The position numbers were made by a program, and so were the translations under genes. A DNA stretch of 63,739 nt, the filler included, from Neolecta irregularis DAH-3 (Eukaryota), in NCBI GenBank assembly GCA_001929475.1. It is 13 parts of 13 records of this genome, joined end to end, with 100 filler letters (N's around TTAATTAATTAA, not from the genome) between each part and the next. Parts side by side here need not be neighbours in the genome. Positions count along the whole stretch, not along the records: positions 25,723 to 53,665 come from LXFE01000350.1; 12 more parts are not named here. One strand, 5' to 3'. The notes below the pieces were generated by a model. It had not been told where the DNA came from, searched no databases, and was given only the letters and a program-made list of their open reading frames with translations. This document shows positions 36,910 through 49,600 of this stretch, piece after piece. The number at the start of each line of letters is the position of its first letter. Positions within the stretch are counted from its first letter, which is position 1.

Positions 36910-39270
36910 ATGGCCTGTATATCTTTAACTCTATCGTTGTTTCCTAACATGTTCAGTCGATGCTCCTCCGCAGGCAGCTCCTCAATGGAACCTCTCTCCT
37001 GAAGAAATAATCACAAAAACTAAGGAGATCATTGAAAAGACAAGGTCTTTAGAAGATAAGGTTGCTGCTTTGGAGAACCCGACCTTTGAAAATGCAATTG
37101 CGATTATGGCTCAAAATGATCAGTCAGGCGAAAGAATTGCCAGTGTTTTGGTTTTCTATCAGAATGTCAGCATATCCAAGGAGCACCGAGACGCAAGTGC
37201 TGAGTCTGATCGATTGCTCAGTGTGAGTCTTTCTAATAGCATAACATGACTTAGTTTATAGGAATTTAGCGTCGAAAGTTCTATGCGCGAAGATGTCTTC
37301 AAGAAGGTCCACCAAGTCTACGAATTAAAACCTCAATTAGAACCTGAATCCACGCGATTACTCGAGAAGACCGATCTCGATTACAGACGTGCTGGATTAG
37401 GCCTAAACAAGGAAGATCAGGAGAAGCTTAAATCTCTGAAAGTACGACTCTCGAATCTCTCAATCCAATTTTCTCAACGTCTTGGAGAAGACACTGGCGG
37501 TGTATTTTTGACTAAGGAACAGCTTGTGGGGCTGCCTGATGATGTCTTGAACAATCTGGCTACCAAAGAAGAGGATGGAAAGACTCTCTATAAGGTCACC
37601 TTCAAATACACTGATATCATACCCGCAATGAGTTACTGCAAGTTGGAAGAAACAAGAAAATGCCTCTTCACCGGGAATTACAGCAAAGTCCCAGAGAATG
37701 TAAATGTGTTGCATGAGGCCATAATTATTCGACGGGACATCGCCAAATTGTTAGGCTATAAGACCTGGGCTGATTTTGTATTGGAAGAGAAGATGGCTAA
37801 GAACACGACGACTGTCATAAATGTATGATTCTCAACATTCCTGACTGACTTGTCTAGCTCTTGGACGATCTGAGAGACGCGCTCACACCCACTGGGACGA
37901 AAGAAATGGCGAGACTTTTAAAATTCAAGAAGGTTCATTCTTTCATTATCAATTGACTAAATTTATAAGGAGGATGTGAAAAACGGAAATGCAAAAGACG
38001 GAGATGTTTTATATGTATGGGATTATCAATATTACGACCGTCTGTTGCTCGAGTCCGAATATCAAGTTGACCAGCAATTGATCGCGGAGTATTTCCCTAT
38101 GGGAAGAACGGTTGTGGGAATGCTTCGTGTTTTCGAAACAATTTTCTCACTCAAGTTCATTGAAATTACTGATAGTAGCCGAAGTGTTTGGCATGAAGGT
38201 GAGATTCTCTCCGCGATTTGGGTTGCTGAACACTAGATTGCAAACAATTTTCTGTTTGGGGATCAGACACTAAGGATTTTCTTGGGTGGTTGTATCTTGA
38301 TCTTTTTCCGCGAGATGGAAAATACCAACACGCCGCAGACTTTAATTTGGGGCCCGGATATACTGATTGGAACGGCAATCGAGTGCACCCATGTACTGCG
38401 CTTGTTTGTAACTTCACCAAACCGCAAGTTATTCTCAGAGGCCGTTAATAATTTGATCAGCACACCAGAGAAACCATCCCTTCTCAAACATCAAGAAGTC
38501 GTTACTCTCTTCCACGAGACGGGGCATGCGATACATGATATAGTTTCCGTCACTAAATACGGAAGATTTCATGGATTGGAAGTACCTCATGATTTCATAG
38601 AAGCACCTTCGCAGATGCTAGAGAACTGGTGCTGGAATAAGAAGGTATTACAGGAATTGAGTCATCACTATGAACGAGGAGAACCTCTCAAGGAAGAATT
38701 GATCGACAAACTTGTAGCTTCGAAAAATGTGGACATCGGCTTATCAACTTTGAGACAGTATTTCTAAATTAAGAGATCAAAATTGACTGTCTAGGATATT
38801 TTATGGAATGTTCGACATGAAAATCCATAATTTGAGTGGAGATGAGGTCGCTGATACAACGAAACTGTATAACACTCTCCGCCAACAAATATCTCTAGTG
38901 GAAAACGGGAATGTATACTATTTGGCCACTTATTCCCGCTAAAACCAAGGTATCAACGCCTGGTGAAGCATCTTTCGGGCATATGATGGGTGGTTATGAT
39001 GCTGGCTACTACGGCTATCTTTACTCTCAACGAATATCTGCTGACATGTTTTACACAAAATTCAAGGCTGATCCAATGAACACGATCGTCGGTACCGAAT
39101 ATCGTGATAAAATTCTTGTACCAGGTGGAAGTCGTGAGATAATTGATAATCTGAAGAGCTTCCTAGGACGAGAACCTAACGATACGGCGTTCCGAGAGGA
39201 CCTAGGAATTTCTCAAATGACCGAAGGAACATGTGAGGGGAAAACTGAAGCTATCGAGATTTTGGATTAA
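36910..39270 (+). CDS. PRD1: M3A metallo-oligopeptidase (saccharolysin/thimet oligopeptidase)
   Basis: APPQAAP, MREDVF, TLFHETGHAIH (HExxH), DFIEAPSQMLENW, FGHMMGGYDAGYYGYLYS. Confidence 0.93.
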
Positions 39271-39852
39271 GTATGCTCTTGTGCAAGACCATTCAAGTAT
39301 ATCTGACGGAATATCGTGATTGTTCCATATTTATGAATATATAAAATTTATACCTCTTTTGAATCTCTTTGAAATTTCACATATCAGTGTCAAAGCGCAA
39401 TATCTTCGTCCGCCTATTTACTTTCTTAAAGCTGGATATAATCTTTCATAGCTTGATATTCCCTTTGTAAAATATTGCTTCTGGCACAACTGTTGTAGCG
39501 AAACCTCTTGCTTCATTTTTGATTTTCATTATGGGACTCGGAATTAAACCTCCATACACTGCTCGATAAAAGAAAAAGTCAAGATATTATAGATGGGACT
39601 TTCAACATATACGACAACCAATTGTTTTGGAGCGTACAGTATAATAGTCGAAATTTGCAATAATATTTGGTCGAATCAATAATGGAGATCATAAAAGTTC
39701 GCCCATGATCACGTGTTTTTCCAACAAACGCATCTCTTATTTAGAAAAAGCAAAACAAGAGCGCTGTACAAAGCCTGTAAAAAGAACAATTGAAACAAAC
39801 GGCCTCCGCCCATGAATGGAAATGTCGTGTACTTTGAGAGATATTTTGGAAT

Positions 39853-42800
39853 TTAAGAGTTGATTGCGGCGGCTAGAACAGGTGTCTGACTGATCAAATT
39901 GGGAAACTGAGAGTTCAAGTTTTGGAGGAGGGTGATTATATTTTTCCTTGTTGAATCAAGGACTGGGTCGTTTGGAGAGGAAAGGACTGATTCAAATACG
40001 GGGAGAAGTTGTTCTGTCAAAGACATGATATTCGAGTCATTGGAGTGGTAGAGAGTGATGATCATCTCGAATAGTGGTTCGTTTTCGAGGTAGTCATCTT
40101 CCAGAGGAAGATGTTGGACAATTACCGGAAGTACTTGATCGAGTGGGACGCAAGCTGGTCTCGCAATGATCATTCGAGAGAGACAACCAATGGCATTATC
40201 TTTAGCGTTTCGACATTGATTTCCCGGTTCGAAGAATGACTGAAGACGTGATAGCAACGGAAGGTACTGACTAGAACGTCAAAAGTGGAAATGGAAGAGT
40301 TTCGGTATACCCTGAAAGATCTTCCTTTGTACGAAGACAAAGAAGACCAAGTGAGTAAGCGGCATTACTTCGAACTTCAGCTTCTTCATCTTCCAAAGCG
40401 CCAACGATCATTTCTAGAAAATCCTGTATCCGTCAATCGGTGCTGTTTTTAAATATACCTTGGTGTATGGTGTAACACCCTCTTTTAGACCATCAGCGAT
40501 ACCACCCAACGAAGCAATCACAAATGCCCGCTCTGAGAGCGTCTTTCGAGACTAGTACTGTTCAGTAGCGCCAACTTATACACATACGCCGTAATAGTGT
40601 GCAATGTAGGGCAAAAAGGTCTTGACGCCCTCGGAGAAGGAAGGCCCAAGGGCTCTACAAAGGGCGATAACAACATCCGTAGCGCAATCAATAGCCAAAG
40701 TTTCCGCTTCAGCGGATTCAGCATCGAGGGGAACATGGTCTTCGGCATCACTCTCCTCAGCTTCTCCTAAATCATCTAGTTGAAAAGGTGCTCTTCTTTG
40801 TAAAATTGAAAGAACGAGTTCGCCGACTTTCTCAAGGTCTAATCAGATTAGAACGCTAAACATTTGAATAAAAAGAAATACTGTTGCCGAGGATGGAAAC
40901 TCCGCAAAGTTTGATCATTTCAGACATATTTCTAAGGATTTCAATAACAACTGCGCTATTTCCTGTTAGCGACGTCCTGTTGAGGTAAAATGGTAAAATA
41001 AAGAGGGTAGATTCTCAGATATAAAGATCGTTTCTCGCCACTTACAACTTGTGTTGTCCGAGTGAGCTGGGTAGAGATCAACCTGTCATCACAGATACCC
41101 AACATCCAAAAAGAAAAAGAATAAAGGTAAAATAACAAACCCGTCATCTTCATCTTCAAGCATAGCCCAGGTAGCTTGCCTCACTACCTCTGCAACTTGA
41201 TCCACGTTCCCATCAAGAGGAGGTTGCTATTACCTGTTAATTCCATACTTGACGATATTTAAGGAAATTACCGAATACCCGGGCGACCAGTCAGCAGGTG
41301 AACTCATCTCGTATAGAACTCCAGTAATCCTCCACAAAGACCCAATTGCATTTTTACGTAATCCTTCATATATATGAGTCGTACAACTCAACAATTTGTC
41401 AATAGCAGGTTCTAAAAACGGTTCAAATGAAATTTTTGTGTGGGCAAAGATTTCGGCGATGACATCTGCAGCGACTTCTTTTTCCATGGCAACAGCCGAA
41501 TGAACAGCTGTTAATTTTGCAAAGAGGTCCGAGTTAATTGAATCTGATCCGTCTAAATCTACGAAATCGTCTTCTCCTGCTAATTCAGATTCGATACCAT
41601 CGGCAAGTTGACTTTCTTGCGCGTTGCCGTCGTCGTCGTCGCTGTTTGTTTCGCTTTGATCGAGGGATTCGAGGAGGTATGGCATCACCATTGGCAAATA
41701 TTTACAGAAATCAAAACAAAAAGTTTTTGCCAATGTTGAAAAAAACACAAATGTTTGTTCTCGAAGTCGGATATTTGTATATCGAAGACCGTCCATTGCC
41801 ACATTTATTGATGTTTCTAAAAATGGTTGAAATCCTTGGGCGCCGATTGCACCGGCTATTGCACCTACTGTTCCAGTTACATTTCCACGAAGTTCAAGTT
41901 CTTCTTCAGATTCGTGGAGTTGGCAGAATGGTGATAACGAATGCATTGTTCTTTCAAAATATGGCAAAAAGCATTCTTGAGCAGAGGAAGCGATACTTCC
42001 GATAGCAGCTAACTTGGTCAAAAAAAGGAGGCGTGTCTGAGGGGGGAGGAGACGTACAAGCAGCTATACATTTAATCGAATTAGAAGCTTGGCTATCCAG
42101 AATTTCAATGGTTTTAGCCATTAAATTAGGAAGATAAACAACTATAACATCCTTTTTCAATGCGTCGACAACGGCATCCATTGCAGCTAATGCACTTCGA
42201 GTTGCATCTTCGCCGTGGTCATGCATATGTTCAAAGATAATTGGCATGAATAGTTCATGTTTATCAGCGATTTCCACTTCCATTTCGATAAACATAAAGC
42301 ATAAGCATTTAAGCCCTGCTTTTCGAACATTCATATCGGGATCTCGAAGACCAGTGAGTAATAACGGTAAAATTTCGTCGAGTCGTGAGATGGCGTGTTC
42401 AGAGGCTCCTTCAATTGATACCGCCAGTGCATTTTGTGCGGCTCGTCGATAAAAAGGGTTTGCATGGTTGACGTAATTTGGTAACGCTGCGATAAGAGGG
42501 AAAAAGACGTGGGATGGGGGTAAACTGTTACTTAGCACATCGATACACTGAATAGCTCGATGAGCTGGATTATCATCATCGGGATCTTCCTCATATTCTT
42601 CTGTCGCGATTTCCAATAGGGCAAGGGTAAGCGGCTCCCCAACTTTTAAAGAGGATACTTTTTGCCGTTTACTAGAGACGGTCAAGAAAACAAGACGAGT
42701 TGGTAGATGTACAATCGGATTGCGTTCATGAGCCATGATAAAGCCATACATCGCATACTCGGCTCCAATTTCTTTTCCTGGGCAATTTGAATCATCAAAT

Positions 42801-43686
42801 GAACCAGTTCTCCAATCGATTTATTAATTAATTGTCCATCCTAAAAGTTAAATCATCATTCGGCCAGAATGAAACAAACCACGAATAAAAAAGTATCAAA
42901 CACTTCGAAACAATTCTTTGCGATATTTTCATCACCTGATGAAACGACTTCTTTTAGAACGTTTACCATTGCAGGAAGCGCTTCTCGAAAGAGTTTGACA
43001 TTAGGTTTATCGCTTCCTCCATCTAACAATTCCGAGATTTTTCCAAGAGCAATTAAAGTATTCATTCGGACTTCGATACTCTCAGGGTCAACGATAGTCT
43101 GACTAAACAAAGCAAAACAATCAACAAGACGACTCATAAATGCATCATTGCAGATTTCAAATAAAGTGTAGAGGATATATGTTCCCATTTCTCGATCGGA
43201 AGATTTTGAACTGAGACAAGCTTGGTGCAAAAATTGAGGGAGATCGTTCCATGAATCTGATTCTCGTTGAGCGATGGCGCTGATTACTCTTGCTGAAGCA
43301 TGCTTTACTAAACCAACTTGTTCAGCGAGGGTGGATTGTAATATTGAGGTCTTGATGTGTGATTGGAGGTCTACTGGGATTTTTGACCAATGAGGGAGAA
43401 TTTGTTTTCGGAGCTCGACAGCAGCTAATTGACGAATCTAATAATTAAACTGGGGAAAGAAAAGAAAGAGACTTGAGTTGCTTGGGAAGATTGCATGATT
43501 TGAGCTAGAGCAGGAAGACATTTTGCGTCTTTAAAGATTTGTTCGCGCAGTTTTTTGGTTGCGCTTTTGACTAGGCCTGTATCGCCTATTGTTGCCTGAT
43601 TTAACAGTTGTTCCAGGTCGTTGACATATGATTGCTACTTTATTCAAAAACGGCTACAAGGAAGAAAGGGATAGAGGTACGTCCAT
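39853..43686 (-). CDS. KAP123: Importin beta-4 (HEAT repeats)
   Basis: IRQLAAVELRK, SAVAMEKEVAAD, H.YEG.RK.AI, DNAIGCLSRMI, LPLEDDY.EN; many short introns. Confidence 0.92.
41005..41100 (-). ncRNA. Intronic box C/D snoRNA, snR71/U29-like (predicted guide for LSU rRNA Am2946, yeast numbering)
   Basis: In the 185-nt KAP123 intron (41140-40956): box C GTGATGA (41092-41086), D' CGGA, C' GTGGCGA, box D CTGA (41018-41015), terminal stem gggta/taccc; 11-nt guide acccagctcac complementary to conserved LSU GUGAGCUGGGU. Confidence 0.88.
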
Positions 43687-43988
43687 GTCCAGTGGGAGGG
43701 CAAGATAGGAAAAAAAAGGTTTGGCGCGAGTAGGGTTTTTTTTTGGTCAACGCCTGGCTCGCGGCAAGGTTTTTAGACTGCCGGTCTAATTATGCATCAA
43801 TGTAATAATCGAGTATTCGCCACTATGACAAAAATGAAGGAATAAAGAGCGCAAACATTTTTACCACAAGAAACATCATATATGCAAATCTATGGAAAAA
43901 GGAAAAACATAGAGCTGCCGGCAAGTGAATCCAGAGATATTCACCCCAAATATATAAACCAAAAACATAAACGAACAGGTTCACTATT

Positions 43989-45111
43989 TTAACGCTGACG
44001 AGAAAAGGGGTTTATTTTGTTTAATTCGTCTTCAACGACGAACTCTGGGCAGACAGCACCTTTAGCCGAGCACTATTATTAATCAGATAGGTTAAAAGAA
44101 AGACATACTACTACTTTACTTCGCAAGTCCTCGCAAATTTGATCAATGTCTACCACTTCATAGCCTGGTAGTTGTGTGACTTTTTGCCAGATGCTTGAGC
44201 AGGAAAGGTAATTGATTTTTGATTCTTCCTCGCCGATGAGGGCATTGTCGAGATCCTGGTCATCAAAGTCGTCAAAGACAAGGTTCGCGGACGCAAACAA
44301 TGGATCGTTGAAGATATCTGCGGTGTTTGGCATTACCGGGTTTGGATTGTTCACATTTCCGCATGCCTCGGAGAACCGTTGGCAAAAGGCGTTTTCTGAG
44401 CGTATTTTTGTGGGAAAGTCTGTGTCTGTGGCTGCAGTTTCTGGGGAGGTATGGGTGCTGCTGAGGCTATCGCAGCTTGAATACTCTGTTGTTTGGGTGC
44501 CTTTGCGGACTGGCGCGGGGGCGGCCGGGGTGGGAAGGAAGCGGGGCGAGATGTCTTGGGTGGCGGGGACTGCTGAGGAGGGGAGAGGGCACTCAAAGGT
44601 GAAGGGAGTGCCTTTGAGGAGACGCAGTTCTACCTGCAACTTGTCTACCTGAGACTTGAGGAGGCAGTTTTCCGAGCCGATGGAGGAGTTTTGGGCTTCC
44701 AGCTGAGCGACGCGGGATTCGAGTTCCTTGACATGGTTTTCCTTGCGCTCGCGAAAGGCTCTCTGGGCGGCGCGGTTTTGGGCCTTTCGCTTCTGCAAGG
44801 GTGAGCGGGGTGCCTGACGGGGACGGATACCGAGTCGGGATCGTTCTTTGAGGGTCTGCGGCCCTGTTTTTTGCGGGAAGCGGAATGGTCTGGGGACGGG
44901 TAGGACTCTGGAGGGGCGTGAGCGGGGAGCGGGCGCGGGAGGCACCTCTGCGTTTCTGGCCGGGCGGGAGCAGGGCGGGTTCCGGGTCGTCTGCAGGCTT
45001 TCGCTTCTCGATGCCGGAGGGCGCGAGGTCGAAGAAGGCGGGATCGTGGGTGAGGACGCGGGAGAGCAGATCCGCAGAGAGGGCCGGGGGAAAGGCGAAC
45101 AGCGGGTCCAT
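43989..45111 (-). CDS. YAP1: AP-1-like bZIP oxidative-stress transcription factor (Yap1/Pap1)
   Basis: KRKAQNRAAQRAFRERKE.HVKELE; n-CRD FC..FSEACGNVNNP; c-CRD CSSIW...DIDQICEDLRSKVV/CSAKG. Confidence 0.93.
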
Positions 45112-45189
45112 GGGGAGAGGGCGGTGCGGGATGGGCGGCTCGGATAGGCGGCGGCGGGAGGCGCCGTGTGGCTGCTGGTGGCGCCGGGG

Positions 45190-45385
45190 TCTGTTGGCTG
45201 TGTATTCGTGTATTCTGCCTGTCTGCTGTGTGTATGCTGTCTATATGCACTGTCTGTCTGGGTTGCTGTTTATATGCATGACTGTCTTCTGTCTACATGC
45301 ATGTCTTCTGTCTACATGCNNNNNNNNNNCTACATGCATGTCTCTATATACATGCATGTCTCTATATACAATCTGTCTGTATCCC
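45190..45385. repeat. Low-complexity (ctgt/catg/tata) intergenic repeat with N gap
   Basis: Directly visible between the divergent YAP1 and SPF30 genes. Confidence 0.7.
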
Positions 45386-45606
45386 ACTCTGCGTTTCTAC
45401 TCGCTCTCCTGTATCAGCTCTCTAGCTACTCCTACAGTCACCTATATTCACTCTCACCATAGTCGCTCGCCTGTTTTCACTCACCTCATACAACTCGCTC
45501 CACTCCTCACAAACTCCACTCCATTCCCTCATCCAACTACACTCCACCACACCCTCCCCAACTACACTCCACTACACCCTCCCCCACAAACACCTCCCTC
45601 CCAGCC

Positions 45607-46359
45607 ATGTCCAAGAACGAGCACGAGCAATACAAGTACCAACTCTCCCAGGTCGCTGCTGCCCTCCAGGCCGATCTCCACAACCCGGAACTGCTCGCAC
45701 TGCAGTCAGAACTCCAAGATATCATCGCCCTCACCGCACCTGCAAAACTCCCAGAGCGCAGCCATTCCCCACCGCCCGCTCCTGCTCCTGCTCTTTTCCG
45801 CCCCGGGGACATAGTCATGGCCCGCTGGCTCACCGGCGACGGCTCCCTCTATCCTGCACGCATCACCAGTCTCAGCGGCAGCCTCACAAATCCAGTCTAT
45901 ACAGTCCTCTTCCTCAACTACAACAACACAGAAACCCTTCGCTCTGAACACGTAAAACAAATTAGCGAATCCCGCAAACGCGCCCTAGAAATAGAAAATT
46001 CCCTCCCCTCACCAGCTATCCCTCCCCCTCCAAAACCAGACGAAAACACAGCCCCAGCACCTCCCCCAATCAAAAAACAAAAAGTGAAACCAAAAAGCGA
46101 ACTAGACGTGGGCAAAAAAGCTTGGCAGAAATTCGCTACCAAAGGCGTAAAAAGTCGCGCTGTCGGAAAAGTCCAGAAAATAGGTGAAAAAAGCATTTTT
46201 AAAAGTCCAGAAGATGGTCTAGGCCGCGGTACCATTCCTTCTTCTCTTAACATTTGTAATTAATTCATAGTCGGTGTCACCGGTAGCGGCAAAGGAATGA
46301 TCAAAGAAATTTCCACTCGCGGGAAACATGTCTTTGAGAAAAAAACCGACGACGATTGA
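45607..46359 (+). CDS. SPF30: Tudor-domain splicing factor Spf30/SMNDC1
   Basis: YKYQLSQV..AL..D..N.EL..LQ.EL, Tudor GDIVMARWLTGDGSLYPARI, WQKF, SIFKSPE...GR/VGVTGSGKGM. Confidence 0.93.
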
Positions 46360-46686
46360 AAAAATTAAAAAGATAAACATTTTTAGTGGTTCTTTTGTTC
46401 ATTTTGTATTATATATGCTAAAGTTGAAGGATCTTTACTGCACATCAGACCTTTTCCTCGACTTGTTCTCGCTCACGCGTGAGTATCTCTTTATCCGGTC
46501 TACTAAACTTTACATATTGGTATCGATCTGACAAGAAACTTGCAGAGAACGCCTTCAAGGTGTTACGAGACTTGTTTTCTCCGTAAACATGTTGCTCGTT
46601 ATTAGCGCATCTTGTCTTTTTATCCACATGACTACTTACTCGTCATTCTAGAATACCTACATCACAAACAAGTATCAATACCCAAA

Positions 46687-49600
46687 TTACTGTCCTGCTA
46701 TAAAGGTATTCAACTCTGCAGCTTCTGTCACGCCTGCAACCATATGGTGACTCAAACCGCCGACTTGAGCCCCACACTCTGGACATGTAGCCTGCATTCA
46801 GTTTATATACTTGTAGAAAAAGGATACCATTTCCATTGGTCTTCCGCATTCTCCAATTGAAAACTTCAATGTTGGAATAAGATTCTCATGTGGATACTTA
46901 CTGGATGCTGGTTTTCACAAAAGTACCAGCTGACTCCACCGTGTGGATCACCTCTCATCGCCTGCAGTATTTCCAATCGTTCGCTCATCGATACTTGCTC
47001 TACTAATTAGTTGAACCATAAATACAGCGGTACCGTAAAACTCGTCCGAGAGCGAACGTTCAACTTGTTCGATCTGATCTGTAAAGATTTGGAGGATGCC
47101 CGGATACTCCTCAATTCTAGAAGCGATATGAACAAGTTCTCGTTTTCCTTCTATTCTTGCCGCACTCCGAGTTTCGAATGACGCAGATTTGTTTCTGAAT
47201 AATAACACAAGTAAGCGAGCTTTTGTAAGACGAATTAGAACTTCTGGTCGAGGTAATTTTCCTTTTTGGGCTTCCTGCAAGACATGATCTGCATATTCGG
47301 CCGATGCTTCAAGTCCATTACATAGAAATTCTCCTGTGATCTCGGCTATCCAAGGTTCCAGAATCAAATGGTTTAAATTTTTCATCTTTAGAAGTTCCAA
47401 GGCTGTTGTCAGGTACGCTTGCAGACGCAGACATTTTCCTTGGACTGCAAATTTCAAGTCTGGAGGACGTACTTCAATGTACTCGGTAAACCCATCCTCT
47501 GAATCCTGTAAAATAAAACTTATGCAAGCTTGGTATAACTTTTGTTGAGGCTGCGATTCTTCAATGGCACTATGAATATATTTTTCCAAGGATTTTTGAA
47601 AACGAACCAGCGGAAGTAAATGCCTCTCTAAAAGAGATCTGGCTTTTTCTACTGTTCGAAGGGCTCGTAATTGTACATGGAAACGGATAGAATTCGTTTC
47701 CATATCTTGTACTACTTTTTCAAAGTTCTTTGAAAGAGAAACGAATCCAAGTGCGAGATCTTCATAGTATTTCCGATGAATCCCGTCTGTTATAGCTCGA
47801 TTGTTTATTCGACCGTATCTTTTCACACCGACTAGAGATCCACGACAGGAAGGACAATTCTGTAGTCTTTGAAATGTACTGTCCATGTATTTTAACGAGG
47901 TAGCTCCAAGCTGATTATCTACTTTATATGCGAAATCCATTCTTGCGATTTGGTCAAGCGATTCTGCGGTAAATATATGACCGCATTTTAAAATCAAAAC
48001 AGGTTGCATGTCGAGATCGATATGCTCAAATGTTTCAAAAAGGATCATATCGACTACAAAATTCTTGAGTTCGTCTGAACAGCATATTTGACAATATGTG
48101 GCCAAAGGACAGATTTCTCCACAGAATGTTGGACAACGATGGCCACAGGAGAGTGTTTTTTCGCATCTTATGTCGCATGGTAGTCGATTACATGGAGCTC
48201 CACATGGCATAGAGCAAGTGTGACCATGTTGGCAGGACCACGAGCACGGTTCGACGCACGGAGCACAAGATTTACTACAACGTGACCGACACTTTGAATG
48301 CTCACATGAGATTGTGCAACGTAATTTGCAGGGAGGACAGTCTGTTTCTAGATGGCAATTTTCAGCACAGGAATGTTCGCATGATCCGTGAAGGCGACCA
48401 CAGGGGACTTTGCAATGCAAATGTTGTCGTGTAATACCGGAAGCGTTGCGATCGACTGTACATTCGAAGCATCTAGAGGTACAAACGTGACCACATGGAA
48501 GAGTCGATCCACAGAGCTCGAAGCAGTTGAAGGAACTTGAATTCGTGTCTCGAAAGCACTCTGTTTGGATAACATGCTGACAACCGGGGACTTTCTTCTC
48601 TACGACTTCCCGACATGTAACGCTGTCTAAAGTCCAAGTCATCCAACATTCTGGAGATTGAATCCAATGACCACAAGGCAATTGTACAGAGTCCACGATC
48701 TTGGAGCATTTTCCGCATGCATCGCTACATCTTTGCATACAGGGATGACCACATGGTTTGTGCAATTTGAGACAAGCTTCGAAGCATGCCGTTTTAGAAT
48801 GTAGAGCCTCGTCGTGGCATTTCAAAGTACATGCATGGCCACAGGGAAGTTTTCCACCGCAGGGGAGATTACAACCACCTTCTGGCGCTTTGAGATAAAA
48901 GTCCTCTGGTTTTTCTGCGATGGTGATACATTCCAAATGACGAGGACAAGCGAGATGAAATCCTTTTTGGATTCGGTTTCTCATTTCTAGCTGACGAATT
49001 ATGGAAGCCCAGAAATCTGATTTCCGGGCGAGATTTACATTGCCAACGATATACATTCCATGCATTGCTCGTGAAAGAAGAACGTTGACCCGATTGAATG
49101 ATTTGAGAAACCCAATATTTCCGTTAGGATTGGATCGAACGAGAGATACGAGTACCACTTTGGCTTCCTCGCCCTAAGTAGGAAGTTAGTCTGTTAATCT
49201 CAGATATGACAATACTTGAAAGTTGTCAACAGTTGCAAGGCGTAATTGTGTCAATGCGGAGCATTTATCTGCTGAAATCTTTCTTTCTACTTCATCAGGA
49301 GAATCATCTCGAGCATTGAGCGTCTCGGTAGTTAGATCACGCATACGATCCTGGGCTTCGTTGACCAGCACTTGATCTCGATCATTGATCGCAATCGTAT
49401 ATATAGATCCTAATTCTTCACGCAAGGCTAGGAGTTGACCAACATATGGAGTCAAAACCGCAATATCGTTCATGGAATATTTAAATTGACGTAGGAGATG
49501 TTGTACTAGTGCACCTATAATCTTGACTTCGAATTTGTTATAATGAGATCGATCTGTCTGCCCATTCTGGTCTGAACCTCCTTCAGGAGATTCGTGAGAC

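Noticed and set aside
43634-43686. KAP123 first intron phase does not fit ATG GAC|GT
   Set aside because: Probably a one-base sequencing error or a different first exon; the rest of the gene is intact, so not called a pseudogene.
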